64,000 nt of DNA from NCBI RefSeq assembly GCF_003704095.1, contig NW_020847604.1, forward strand, positions 186,001 through 250,000. Direction: 5' to 3'. Source of the DNA: Pocillopora damicornis (lineage: Eukaryota). Under the pieces are notes generated by a model. The model had not been told where the DNA came from. It searched no databases and worked only from the letters and a program-made list of their open reading frames with translations. The translations under genes were made by a program, and so were the position numbers. Positions 39,017 to 54,409 of this stretch are shown in pieces. Numbering within the stretch: position 1 is the first letter of the stretch; each line of letters starts with the position of its first letter.

Positions 39017-40523
39017 AGTTATTCTGGCTTCTCCCCGAGTAGGATTTGTAGCTGGCAGACTAGGAGTAGCTCTCCAACTGGCTTAAGGCGGGAATTTCGC
39101 ATAGTATCCGCTACCTTTTCTATTTTTCTCCCTTATTGACATCACTTTATTTTCTTCCTTCCTTGAGTCTTCTCTTTTCTGACCAGTTATCTCTTTGTTC
39201 CACTTCGGTATTATTTCTTCTACGGTTTCGGTTCTTTTTTTTTCTTTTTTCGAAATTGGATTAACATTTTGATCCTTTTCTTATTATCATCAAGATATTT
39301 TCTTTTTTGACAACTTTCCATATCTAACCTATGCATGTTGGACGGAGTTTCAAATAAATTCTTTTAAAAGCTTCAAATCGGTTTAAAAGAACTTGGTCTC
39401 CCTTTCTTCCCCATTGAAATATAACTGGAGCCAGCAAGATGACTCAACTGCTCTCACTATTTTGCACTTAACAGTCTCACTGATTGGGAAGAAATATCTC
39501 ACCAAACTCTCCGATTGTTGTAAGATGTAAATAGGTAACCTCAGTCATTTCTAATGCAATTAATACGGAAGTATATGAAATCTTGACTTTTAACACGTCT
39601 GTGTTGCAAAAAGCACAAACCAAAGTAGCCTGAAATGTTTTCTCGATGCTCCCATGAAGAAGTTGAAAACTGGCATATTAGGTGAAAGAATCATGTAAGT
39701 TTGGCACTGTTACTATTTTTATTCAAACGCTGGTAGTACTTGGGTTAAATTCATTTATTCGTCATTTTTTTAACAGACGTCTTTAAAAAGCCTTAACATA
39801 TACCAGTAACAACAATTTTATAAAATTTTATAAAGAAACCACTTTTGGCTCCATGAACTTTTGCGTTGCTTAGAGGTACACAAATAAAATATCTCTAAAT
39901 AACTACCTTCATATTAATTTCATTAAAATATTTGACATCTCAGGCAACAGCGCAAATTGTTACACGTGAATTACCTCGGGCATTCATCATAGAATATATA
40001 TATTTTTTACATTTTTTTACGCGAGGAAATGTCCTCTCAAATGTATTATTTCTAATTGTTTTTTACAAACGTCTGTTTTCATTAGCTCCAAGTTATAATT
40101 TTTTTCTTACGTTTTCAATGAGTGGTTTTCTTGTGAGATAAATGTGCTGCAAATTTAGTGAAAGTCAGTTGATAAAATTGTTAAAGACGGGGCAAACGGA
40201 GAGCCTCTCGATGCATTGGCCCGAAGGTCCCTTGGGATATCTTAGTGTCATATCCGTCATCTACGGGTTTAGATAGGGCCGAAAAATGGTACTTCTTGGA
40301 CTAGGATTCACAATACGATCGTCTTGAGAAACCAAAAGGTATTAAAATGGAATCGATATCAGCAAACATCCTGATTAAAACTTTCTCTGCTTCAATTATC
40401 TCTTGATGTAGAACTTAAAAGATCCATTCACGAGAATATATTGGGTGTTGTACAATTTCACGACACTTGCATGTAGGGTCGTACCACTGTCGTAATGAGG
40501 ACAGTATATCACTAACACAAGTT

Positions 40524-43500
40524 CTACATCCCTCGGAATGATTCCCCAAGGGTGATCGCTTCTTTGTTCTGCGTGTAAAACAACGCGTGGGTCTTGTAAA
40601 ATGTTACAATTTCCGTCAAACCATCGAACGCATGCTTGCCAATAACGTAACGACCGCTTGGTGTCAGTTCTATGGGAAAATGGCGAATCCTAAAGTTTAA
40701 AACAGGAAAAAGGAAACATTAACGAAAATGCAATGGTAGTGATAATAATAACAACAACAACAATGATAATAATAACAATAATAGTAATAACAATAATAAT
40801 AAATATAATTTGACTTGAATTGCCGAACGTCAGCTTTTCTCTGGTTCTCATTTATTACCGATACGTCTAGCGATAAATTAGACGACGCTAACCCTTGTAG
40901 CAAAATTACGAAATTGCAGAACTAAGCGAGAAAATGAAATAGTACTTACTTTCCGCCATACTTGACCGATAGCACGAAAGAAGCAAACTAAAAATACGAA
41001 AAAAAAGTCGGTGAGGGCAAGAATTCACGCTCGCTAGAAAGGAAATAGGGACATTTTTATTGTCTGTTTTAATTCTTTTTACCTTCTGAGTGCTCTCTCG
41101 TATCAAGTAGTCGAGTTCTTTGGCGCTCTGTTGGACAGAAAACAAATCAAAATTACAAAATTTCATCATTTTAGTTATTCTGTTATGCACAATAACTTCC
41201 TTTCACTTTACCATAACATCAACTGTCAATTCGACATAACAACCAATGTTAGATTAAAAAAAAAGACAATAAAAATATGGAAGAACTATGTCCACCACAG
41301 GCCTGCAAGCCGTCAGTTCAGACAGATGTTTTCATCGACTCTCAGTACGATCGTATTCTTTTTAGCGAACCAGTGCACAAAACATTATACATTCGTGTTG
41401 CCGTGTTGTCGTTTTGGATCGGTTTTCCTGTATCAGTATGAGTTAACATTAAAAAATTGAACATATTTATATCTTACTCTCATCATAAGTTCCTCGCACT
41501 TCTGACGTGACATTTTCCCGTAATACCACAACTCGTCTCCTGTGACAGCACAAATAACACAAGCATCAGATACACATGCTTCCACAAAAAGGGAAATTGT
41601 TTTGGCAATTGTTCTTGGAATATTCTGACGGAATTTTACACCAACTAAGACATCTAACAACATGACTTACCGAAAGAACTGTGCCTTTCTCGCTGCTTGC
41701 TCTTTGGAGGCATTTCGTTGAGAGTTTCTTCCTACAAGTAACGAATGGAAAATTTCAACATCTATTACTGACAGTAATCGTAGAAATGCCGAAATGGCCA
41801 TCCATTTGTTGGCGAATGAGAATCCATCCGTTTTTTAGCGAGTAGTGTGTGTGACGCAGTGTTTAAGTGACGCAGTGCTCAACAGTCTTAATTGAAGTCT
41901 GCCTGCTACTGAAAGAGTTGAGTCAGTAACGACACCCCACTTTTGTGTTCCTCAGTCACTTCACCATCAAGCTTCTGTAATTTGACGTCCTGATTCACAG
42001 CACTTATAGTGATGTGCAAAATTCAATACCTCAACAATACAGTTTCTCAACTTGGTGATCATTTTTCGCCCCAGTAACGAAAGAGATCAAAATAGAAGAA
42101 AGAAGATTCGTCCACTTCACTCACACTTAGATTTCTAGCGGAGCGCGAAGAAGGGAATGACTCACCCGCCCACCTCCATCTTCCGTTAGTCCGCCGTTAG
42201 TCCATACCTTAATCTAACTAAGTAACAATGGGAGCGATTTGAAAAGAAATATTTTTTCATCTTCCCCTAAAATTTGAGCTTTCTTATCTAAGAGGTCCCT
42301 CCTTTTGAAAACCTCTGTCTTTTTATGAGTTCTTGTTTCACAAAATCTCCGTCTCGAAAGAAACTTATTACAACGGCTGATCACCGAGCCTTTAAAACTG
42401 GAGGTTGTCTTTGTCTTAAATTAACATTTTGGTTCAAGAAAACAGCTTATAGATGTGGTTTATTTTCAGAATGGACTAACATTAACATTATAGTACCTCA
42501 TCCTGTAGCAGTTCCCAGAAATCGCCTGGAGTCCATCCGACCACACCCTCTACATTCATTTTCCACCAACCCAAGGACTGTACTGCTAATAACTGGCCTA
42601 CTTCACCTTTGCGCACCGAGATGCAGTTTGAATTTTTTGTTGTAAAGTCTTCCCGCGCGAAGTAGTGTTCGTTCACCTTTCCTGGAAGAAAGAAGTCTTT
42701 CCTCAGAAGGACTCAAAAGGGGACTTAAAGTCACTTAACACCAGAAATAGAACGGTCTCTGGGGGAATTTTGATATTTCAAAAGTTACCAAAATATCATT
42801 AAAGCGGCCCGTGATATTGGAGATTATACGAGCGGGTCTTAGTCCCAAACACCTCACAATACACAATCTTTGTATTTGTGCTACGAGGCAAATTTAGTAT
42901 ACAAAGCACATATCTTTGTCTCTAAACCGGTAAACAATTTCTTTAATAACAAAATATGATAAAACATAAAGCCGCTCAAAAATCGCACTCATTCAACAGA
43001 GACGGAAACTGCGCAAACGTCATTAATAAGGGTCTAACGCTTAACCGATCTTGCGAGAGGCATGTTCAGCCAAGTTTTTTTGCTGTTGATGGTCACTTGA
43101 CAACCGTTAAAGCTGTTGATTGTTCTATGACTGAGAAATTCAGCCGTTTTCCATTCCCATCGCTTTCATTGTAGTCAGCTGAAGTGCACTCGTCTGTACA
43201 GCAACTTAAATTCAGCCTACAAGCCACAAAGCTTTCAGTATCATGAAGCGAATCAAGCGATGAGGACAATACTTCCCCTGCAAGTCACTCGCAGGGTTAC
43301 AACCCACATCGCGCATCTTCGACAGGAACGTCTCGATTAGCGTGACTCGACATCTCGGCCAACCAGTCGTAAACTTTCTTGGCTGAACTACTCCTATTTC
43401 AGCGAAGCTCACCCTTACGCGTTCTTGTAGGACTTTTTCCGCAGTTGATGTGCTCAACAATATGAAGCGCGCCGAAAGAGAGACAGATAAAAAGTCTGTT

Positions 43501-46500
43501 TAGTTAGCCTTGCATTACGTATATGGTATCTGTGAAACAAGAAAACAGAAAACAGGGCGTCGGTGTCTTACCAGACTTCCGGATGTAATCTGGTGGGGCA
43601 CCAGGCAGTGGAGGCGCTTCTTCGCTTGGGGCACCAGTTACATCCACTGAAGTCTTCTTCTGCTCAAGATCACTCCTAGGTGTTGGTACAGGAGGCTTCT
43701 GCACCATCTGAGACGGAGGAGCTCCACGAGCTGCCGCTTCTTCCTCTTCATAAGCGTTGTAGATGTCCCCAACAGATTTGGACCTCCTCGTCATGTTGTA
43801 ATGGGAAACTTCCTTGCTCTTCAACAATGAAGTCGGCACCCATCCACTCCTTTTGGTTGCGTCTACTGTACAAACGAATGACCAGGCGCCATCCTCACAG
43901 AGAAGGCGTACCTCTTCTGTCGCTGTTAGGGGCAGATCTTCATTGCGATCTGGTGGAGGTGCGTAGTTTGTGATAGCCACATAATGCTCCCCGGGCTAAA
44001 ATGAGATTGAAATAAGATTAACAACAGTAAGTCTGAAATGAAGATTGCTCGTGTTTAACCGTTTTTTTATTTATTTATTTTTTTGCAAGAAATGTTGCGA
44101 CATGAATAGAGGGAGATGAACTGCAGAGAGTAACACGCTTAACGTAAGACACCAAGGACTCAAGACCAGTCCCTTTCAGTCTTCTATGTTATCTGTTACA
44201 ATTCTGCTTCACAGTAGCTTTACTTCGCGCACTTTTTCCCCCTTTAACCATTAGTGACTGACTCTTACTCTGACCCAAACAGACTGACTATGAACTCCAA
44301 AATACACGCTTATATATGCGCCATACAAGCATGAGTGGCACGAGTGCGCTAGCGGACCAAGTGAACTTAGAAGATTAAACTTTTGTTATTATAACACTAA
44401 GCTAAACTTTTTAACAAATGATCAACAACGTACATAATACTTCCGATCAACCGAACCAATCTTTGACTAAGACAGCCAAAACAAGAACATCAGTATAAGT
44501 CCTAGTCAAGATCAGTAGACATGACAGTGAAATCAGGAAGCTCATCGTATAAACCCACATAATTTCAGACTTCAAAAGATCTACAGGATTCCACAGGGTT
44601 TCTATGCTCTTCAACGTATTATTAAACCATTCAGGTTCAACCTGCCTATAAATTTGTTTAACTGGTTTATATCTCGAGGAATAAGTCAAGCCATAGCTCA
44701 CAGTTACTTAGTCAACAATGTTATGAGAACGCATACCACATGTCGCGCTCATAACTTACTGTCCCAACATGAAGATCAGCTCTAAGAACATTCTCGTATT
44801 TGTGGGAGCCAAATCTGACGAGTCCCTCGTCCGGGGGTTGCAATAAACGCACCCTTGGGGTACTAGTAAGTGGCGGTTGTCTGAACTCATGCACTCTCGC
44901 ATAACTCATGTCATCATGGTCTACACTGCGAGAGTTAGAGTTGCGTAGAGAAACCAGCGGTGGAGTGGACGGGAGGTTTGGGCAGCCATTCCGCTTCTGC
45001 TGGAAAATAAAAATGTCCATATTTCTTTTCTGTGATATTGTTGAGGAATGCAGTGAATGGAGGGATAACATGTCACAATCACAACCGAAAACACAAAGTA
45101 ACAAACTTAGCGGCACAAGTTCATAAGGAGTTGACTGTTCATTACCGGTCTTCTGATTTCTGACCCATCTTCACTCATACTGTGGGATCTGTTCAGTCTA
45201 AAGACAGAAGAAAAAAAAAATCTATATTGATAAACAAAATAGAAAAATCAAAAAGAAACTATGGAAAATACTTGGATACATTGAACAAAATATGATGAGC
45301 TCAGTTGGTTAATGTAGTAGTCAGCCATAACCACCCAACCGAGTGAAACTTCATCATAGACATATCACTTGTTATCTGCTCACTAAAAAAACAAGTAAGT
45401 ATTTTCGTTTCTTAAATTTCTGTTTACTGAGTATCGAACCTTATCATGTTTGCACTTTTGCAATAGCCTCATATATTTTCGAGTTGCCCATAGCACATTT
45501 TGTCCCCTCCCTAAAAAAAACACCATTGCACGACTAACCTTGCAGTGATAATCAATAAAAGATATGGATGATTCATTTGCTTTCTTCAAATTTCGCAAAA
45601 ATAATGACATTAATAATACTAATACTAATAATAATAAAAATAACAGCCTAATAATAATGACAACCCAGGAAGGCCAATTTGAGGCAAACGGAAATGGCAA
45701 AAAATAAGAAGACCTGTGCAGTCGCAAACTACTCAGGTGTTGGGGAGGTAACAAGAGGTACTGGGGGCATTAGTAGCAGTCCCAAGGAGGCTGGAAAACA
45801 ACCTTGGGCGTATTAGTGTAGACACTTCCGTGGATTTCATTTAAAAAAAGGAAAAAGAAAAGAAAAACAAGCAAACAAACACAAATTATGGAGCCACAGG
45901 GACCTTAAGAAAGGTGCTGGAGCACTTTGATGAGGAAAGATCGTTTGAGCTGTAAGTAAACTGCCTAAAACCTATAGACACAACCCGAGCCTCATTACCT
46001 TTAAAGCTATCATCGTGACAACCAGTCGTGACAGGAAAGTGATTAAACCAAAAATACGAATATCGTGACGAGTTTAAAATCCCATAAAACCATATTATTT
46101 CTTGATGAATCAAAAGTTTCTCGCTCTTCGTCTACTTTGTATCGCACATACTTGCCATTGAATAAGTTAGTGTTATTGATTTACTGCATCTACACGCCAT
46201 AGTACAAATGAGACTATAGTACAACCGAAACTATGGTACAATCAAGACATCTCTACAGAAAAATGATTTTGTAACAATCTCGGTAAGAACCTCTCTAGTC
46301 ACCAAATATATCTTACCTTAGATGCTTTGGAATAACGGAAGCATATTGAGGAACAGTTTCACTGAAAGGAAAACAGATAACGTGCGCATTACTTTACCTA
46401 CAGGATATCTTTTTGCCTTGCTCTGTTTAGTTATGCTGCACACCTGGTTTCCCAGGCAAATGATCAGTCGAGCCGGAGGAGTTAAACATGATTTCTGAAT

Positions 46501-49500
46501 TTAATTTAAAAATGAAATCCAGAGATTATGTTTTCATCTCCACCATTAAATAGTGAAAACGAAATAACAACAATGCACTTATTTTAAGCTTCGAAAGACC
46601 TTTGTAACCTGATTGTTTATTCATAATGGCGGCGTCAGTAGTCAAGTTTTCAGCACATTTGAAGAAAATTTTCAAAAGGTGATGCAACTGTTTGAAATCT
46701 CAAAGAGCGGGAAACAGTAGGGCACAGAAGAACAGAGTTGCTGATGAGGCAATTCAGTCTTAGTCATTTCATATTGAGATTGCCCATTCTGTTAGTTTTT
46801 GTTCGGCAAAGCACAGAGTAAATGCAGCCTGTGTATTTGCTATTTGGGCATAAATCCGAACAAATACAGTGTAACTGCTTAACATAGTTGTAGTAATTAC
46901 CAAAAATGAGTTTACCCCGCCCCTCTAACCACAAAAATGAATATAAACAGTCGATCATGTCGACATATGTTTAAAAAAATTATATGATCAAAGATTCCCG
47001 TTCTATGGGGACCAACTGGCGTGTTATATATTACCTGGAGTCTTCAAAACTAAACTGAAGATTTCTGTTGGCTGATGGGGAACTTGACAATATCTCCACT
47101 GTAGCATACTCTAATGCATCTTGAAAGAAAGGATAGCAAATTAAATAAATACTACCATTCCTTTCAATTAGAAAGCTTCTTGTTAAATTCAGTGGATTAG
47201 AGAATCGAAGTGAACTGAGGCTAATACAAAGAGAAAATGAACTCGAATAAGGGTGAAACCAAAAGAGAGGTTAGGTAATTCACGCAGGTCCTCAAAAGGT
47301 GTAATCAAGTAGCTACTAGGTATTAAGAGAAAACAATTCTTGACTTAGGACTTTCTCTTGACTAATTAAAGAAGCATTGTCCTTTATAGCTGGCATTTGG
47401 GAGCAGCACCATAATGCTGGTTCCAAACGTTAATAATCATGAATATTTTTAACCTCTGAAATATATTAATTTTCCATCAACGCCAACAGCACTAATACAA
47501 AAATATAAAGTATGAGAATTACGTATTAACATATACTGCAAACAAATGAACCTACGAGGTGTGGACTGCGAACGTGAAACTCTCGCTTTTTCAGAGGCTT
47601 CATTGTTGTTAGCTTCTCTTTTCCTTGTTTTGCTAGAATCTCTGAGAATACATCATGAAAAGATTAATAGTCATATCAAAGATATCAGTAAGCAAGCACT
47701 GTTGGCAAAACGAAAGAATCGGAAGAGTCTATCAGATGTAAGGCATTTCCAGTGCTACTCACTCCATTTGCCGGTCCTCTAGCCATATGAATACGAACCC
47801 GTTTATAAACAAAGTAGAGGATCAGTATAAGCTCCTCCTGGTAAGGTGCTCACCCCCCCCTCCCCTTGAAAAAACCTAGCCACTCCTTTGCACAATGGTA
47901 TATATCAAGCTAGAGATGCTGTACATTTCTGAGTCTCAAACTCACCCTATCCTCAAAAGTACTCAATGAACTCTGTCACAGCTACACCACCCAAGCTAAA
48001 GTTTTTAGGAATAAAATTTATACCTGCCAATTTCCTAAAACGTCCAATTTTTTCACATGCCCCATTCAAACGAATAAGGTCGCATGGAAATGTTTCCTGC
48101 ATTTCCTACAGATTAGTCTGTCCTTTTTAATTTTAATGCTAAAATGAGGAAATTCCGGTTGATTGTTTGATGTTAAAGCCGGCTCGCCAGAAGTAGTTGT
48201 ATTCTTTTTACGGTCTCAGTCCATGTCACAAAAAAACTTCTCGTAGTGAGCTGTGAAAAGAATTTCAAATAGCAGAGGGCCTTCAAAATATGCAATAGAA
48301 CACAAGAAGCCTCACATCTCGCGATTTTTAGTTTTTTTATATTTTTTTTTCAACGGATAGAGGATGAACCGACTTCGGGTTATGAGGTTTGTTTTGGTGA
48401 CAACCATCGTGGGAACAGTTTCGTGTTGCAAGGTTAATCCCTTAAAAAGGATTGCAGCGAGTTGCACAAGGATATGGGTTTAGGGTGTTTAGAACCACTT
48501 GGTGCTATGGGAAAAGGAAGAGATGGAATTGAAATGACAAGCTGAATAATTGAGAAAAATAGTGGGTAAAATGTCTACTAAATTTGACAAAAATCTCTCG
48601 GTAGACAGTACGAGAAGCGAACATATCCGACCTTACGTGGCTGAAATGCCTTCGATTGTTAGAGATATTCACGTATTTTTCTACAGTTTCATTTCGCTTG
48701 ATCTCTCAGCCATTTGGAAGTCACAGAAGTGAATATTCAAGCTACAAGATCGAAAAAAAACTTCAGGCGAAGGCAAGTGGCACTCAGCGCTGATTAGAAA
48801 GTTCGAAAGCTGGCAGATATGACAGGATCTGCCTGACATAAAAAGTAAAAAACTTTTAACTTAAATCTTGTACAACAGAAACATTCTGTTCAGGGTAAGC
48901 ATTTCCCTCTTCAAACTCAATGTAATATTCAATTAGACTTTTTATACAATTGGTAGTAATGTCGCAATCTGATTGGCCAGTTTGCCGTTGTCGATAATAG
49001 CCGTTTTATTTGACGTCGGTATCGTGGTAAAAAAATTGAAAGTTGTTTAGCGTGGTCTATACTCTCATCGACGACGAGATTCGTTATCATAGTGGTCAAA
49101 ATTTGTAAAATACAACGATTCTTTCAGTGATAAAGGCATTGCGTGACACGTTGACGCCAGCAGCATTGTCTGTACTTTTATCAAAACCGGCAGATTGGCC
49201 AATCAGATGGCGACATTACCGCCAATCGTGGTAACAGATTATTTTTCAATGATTTAATTTTTTTTTAATTTAGAAGTTCTACATGTTGATAATAGTCTTC
49301 AAAAACCTTTTAGCATTTGAGCCGTCACATCATGTTTAGTTTTACCTTCTAGGGGGAGGTGACCTTATACTTGCATATATGCCACTGATGCTTGAATATG
49401 AAGAACCCTGATAAGAAAACGGACAGTGCAGTCAGTTATCTCAATTACTGAGATTATTTAAGAATATTATATTACAGATTGTCAGATAACTTTTGCAGAG

Positions 49501-52500
49501 AAAAAAAGAAATACTGCATTAAAAGAAGCATTAATTGCATTCATTTATATTGCAGTTGTTGCACATTAAGACAATTCCACTCACCCTTTTCTTTTGTTGG
49601 TCATCAGATAAGAGAGGATCTGCACTTGGCTTGGCTTGAACCAGATTGGATCCAGGTGTAAGACCAACTTTTCCTTTTATTCTAAACAGAGGTACAAAAC
49701 ATTTTCATTGAACTGAACTTGCCCGGAAAAAAAAAAGGTTTGCAAAGCAAAAGTGGCTATACTCCAGCTATTCTTCAAATAACATACTTTATCTTCCACC
49801 AACCAAAGTTGCTGGTGGCCAGAACTTCAACTTCTTCTCCAGCTCTGTAAGTTAGTTCATCATCACTCTTAGCTGAGTATGACTCAATTGCAACCCAAAA
49901 ACCTGCAGTAAAAGTAAAAGGACTTGGTCAAGAGGAGCATAGTTAAGGAGGGGGGAGGGGAGGGGAGGGGAACTTAATGCAATAATTCAAAAATAAAAAT
50001 AACAGGGATAGCTCTTCATTTTGTAATTCTTATGGACCAAAAAAGATTTACATCCTATGAGTTTTGAATATACGTGTAAAAGTGTGTAAAACTATGATAG
50101 AATTTAAGGCTCTGAGAAGAACTCAGGTCATGCATACTTTCAGTCTCCTGCATGCAAAACAGAGATTTCAGTAGGAATGGTAAAAACTATTATGTGGCAA
50201 AATAGTGATTTCACTGGCCAGGGCTCTGAGCAGCAACCATTTTGGTGGCCAATAGAAAGAGGAAAAAAATTGCAGTGACTAAGTTTTCAACCAGAGCCAT
50301 CACATAGGTGACCTGTATTCAGCAGTCAAGTAGGAGGCTGCAAGGATCGCTTCTATATTCGTTTCTACAACCGCAGTACACATCTATGATTTTCATATAT
50401 TTGCAGTCATTATCTAGGGGAATTATTTAGCAAGGGAAAACTCCCAAATTAGAATATGCACATTTCTCTACATTCCAAGGATATGACTGGAGTTACCCAT
50501 TCCCTTGCTTGGTTTTGTTAATTTAATTGAGATACATTAATTAATTGATTAACTGAGAATTATTAAGTTATTTTAGGAGGGGGTTGGGTTGGAGCTTAAA
50601 CTTAGTAGGAGACTTATGTCCTATTGTTTTTGCTGTGGTACTGCTTTGTATAAATCCTTAAATAAATAAATAAATAAAATAAATAAATGCACTTTCATTT
50701 TGACAGATTGTAACATTAAAATAACATTGTCAGCCATTCAAGTATCCTAAAATTTAAAAACTAGCAGGAGGTTGAAAGCATGAGCAATTGAAAATCACAA
50801 ATTTTTGAAGCTGATAACCTTCTATGGTAAACCAGTTTCCCATCAGGCTGAAGGAGCAGCAAACAATGCAAGTGGCTCTAAGATACAGAGAACCCAGACT
50901 TGAGGCAGAACCAGAATACAATAAAATATGGCCAGCTACTCTATTAACCTTTGGAGACAAACTTTAAATCTTAAACATAATAAATTGTCAGGAAAAAATG
51001 AACAAGAATTAAGTAATTTAATGTTAAGTTCCCTATGGTTTGTCAGAGGTCACACAAGAACTTACGCTCATCCTCCTCAACGTCTCTCCATTCCTCCTCT
51101 TCTGTGCGTCGCCCAGAGTCTACTGGTTCAAGAAATGTTGCTGGAGCAAAACCATGCTCCCCTCTTGCATTTGCAACAAGCCACCAACCTATTAAAACAA
51201 TTGGACATCAAGCAAAGTAAATTTAGAAAGTCAATTCTAATATAAATGCCAGAAGTGAGAAAACCTTACCCAGTTAACAAAAGGAACAACAGGGGCAACA
51301 ATAACAACAATTACTGTCTATATCTCTGATACCCAGCCCTGGCATTTCATCGTGAATACAAACTCTTTCCTCTCCAATTTGTGGGGAAACATTTTGAATG
51401 AACTATTTTGCATTAGGACATTTCTCTCACTTTTTCTAAAACATGTCTTTTTGTTCATTTCACTCTGGACTCCTTCCACCTTGCTCTTTCTATGGTTGTT
51501 AAAATCCTTATTACACTTTCTAACATGCATGTACTGATCTCCTGCAGTTTTCTATTCTATGCCAATTCAAATTGTAATAAGGTCAAGAAATAATTCAAAC
51601 CTGTATTGTTTTTTTCAATGACTGTTACCATTTCATTTTCTCTCAAGCTCATCTCTCCCCTTCCTCCACCAGTAAATTCTGCCACTGACTGGTATCTCTC
51701 AACAAGCTGTTCCTCACTTCTTCCAAAATGAGAATTTGGCAGCTTGGTACTTTTAGAAGTTAACAGAATAAACAGTCAAAAAATACTGAATTAGCAATAA
51801 TGTATAGAGTGATATAAATTGGTTTCAAATTCGTAATTAGATTTCAACTTTGCATGATGAACTCTGGGATTTTTTGCAGAATGTTAACATAAAAATGCTA
51901 TCTTTTTTTGGCCATCATCAGTAGCAGCAGCTGTGCTGGGCTTACCATTTTTCATTTGATTCAATCCTCACAAATGCATCTGTTCCCCACTGGCTGAAGA
52001 ACTGCAGGACAGTGTCTGACTGAGACACAACAGGTGGTAGCTGAATCACTCTCTAAAAGATGCACAAGATTTTCAGACACTGTATATTATAATTATGATG
52101 CTAGGTTGGATTTTCATGGCACAAACCACAAAATTAAAGGGTTAATCTGATGACATTGATGACTGGGAACTTGAGACAACTATGACAGTTAAATTCAAAG
52201 AAAATATCATAACCCACAGAAATAATAACTTCTTACTAACCAAGCACAAGGGGTCATTCTGGTAAATATACTTGCCTCAGGTTATGAATATAAACCAAGC
52301 AAAGGGTAAACAAGATTAAGTATCTACTTGAGCCAAGTGGCTCATTCAGTCAGAGCCTATTCCCATTTTTACAGCACTAAGGAACTAGGAATAATGTTTT
52401 TCCACCCCTGGATGGGATGACAGTCTATCATTGGTTACTCCCCAGCATTTCATCAAGTTTCCCTAACAGTTAATTGTCAGCTCTGCCAGGTTCCTCTAAA

Positions 52501-54374
52501 AGAGATCAAAGGCCCTGACTATGAAACTACCAAATTAATGATTTGGTGAATGTTCTGAGGATGAAACAAATAACATATTCAAGAAAATGACAATCTTCAA
52601 CAACATAATGTTACTTCCCACCTTTAGAGGCCAAAAAATAGTTTTTTTCTTTTATTTTACCTAATTGAAGTTAAACATTTAAACTAACGTGCTCATATAA
52701 AAAGTTCTGAAATCTTTAGTACCTGAGTTGTTAAAAACAACATATTGTTGAAGAAAAGTTAATAAATCCGGAAGGTGTCATTATCTTGTACCTGGGCAAG
52801 TTCCCTAAGGGAATTTTCAAAGCAACCCACACTGGGGGCTCGTTTTTCAAATTATTTGCATATTTTGTTTGCATTGGGCACTTCACAAAATTCACATGTG
52901 GAAGCTCTTTGCTTATGGGAAAATCTTTACTCATGGAAAAATCAAAAGTGAAAGAAAGTCCAGTAAAAAAACCAAAGAAAAAACAGGCCCAACGAAATGA
53001 GAAAGAGTACCATTCTGTCAAGAAAAGAAAAAAATCCTTTGTGAAAGTGACTGGTATTGGTGGAGCTCCACACACTGGCATCCAGATTTCGAACAAAGAA
53101 GTCTCTGTCAAACCTAAATTTGTCAAACATGATGTTAAAAACGAGGTTTCCTTTTATTTATGCTACTAGCCTTGATACAAAAAACATTAACAATCCCCAT
53201 TTTGAAAGCTGTCTGTCGATTCATTGTCTTGTTTCTCAACACATTTCCTAGTTTTTCCATTTTTGCCACTGGTTTTTCCTTTGCCTTTGGCAACTTTGCC
53301 CATTATTGCATGGTCCTCCTCAACACTCCACTGAGCAGTAGAGATTAAAAAAATGTGTCTGCAATGGGTCACTTTTCCCAAGAAATCTTCATCCATCATC
53401 ATTGATGTAATGGGGGTCTCGTTGTCACATTGGTTTGTAGTTACAGGAGGCAAGATAATCTCCTGGCATGGCACGAGTTGTTTGTGACCCTTTATGAGCT
53501 AAAATCTTGCATTTGATTTTGGGACAAATACATCTGCTTTAAGCGAATTTATAGGGTACTTAGATTTGACCAATTGTCTTTAAATTTTGCTAAAACATTC
53601 CAGGAATAATGACAAACAGAAGGGTGTTGTGAAATTTTGATATTTGAAATGTTTGTCTCATGGCATCCATTTAGGCACTTAAGTTGCTGATATCTAGACA
53701 ACCAATCAGAATATTGGAAAAGCCTGACACACTCCTGTTGATTGATGCTTTGTGAATAAGACTGTACAGCCATTTTGCTTATGCTGCCATACCCAATAAA
53801 TTCAATAGAAGAACCCTAGGTCAGTTTACTGGCTCCTGACACTTCCTAGAAGAAAAACTTGCTTAAAGCATATTTTTATCAGAAACTGCACTTATAAAGC
53901 TTTTTTCTGATATATAGTTTGCGAGGATTTTAGTGAAACTAGCGTGCGAACATATTTTCTCCTGAAAGACGCCCACAAAAGTGGGAAGTAACATTAAGTT
54001 TCTCAAAGCTATATTGAAGTTTAACATTGCAACATAAAAGTTTTATAGGACATTACTCTGAAGTTTCTAGAATGTGGCACTGGATTTCCACATGACATTC
54101 ATATTTCACAATCTTAGTTTACAGCCAATCATCTGACATATGAGGTTGTTTATCTAAAGAAATATTTAGGAATTCAAATTGGTGCGTGCATGTCTGTATT
54201 TGGAAAACTCAACCCAATATAGAACTTCAAGACCACAATCTTAACTATAAAAGCTTTGATGTTGGATTGTGGAAAACAAAAATAAAATGTAAACATAAAG
54301 AAAAAGCTTGAGTTAATTACTAGTTGGGATATGATGCCATAGTGAATCATAATCAAATGAGTAATTATGATGTC

Positions 54375-54409
<35 letters not shown>

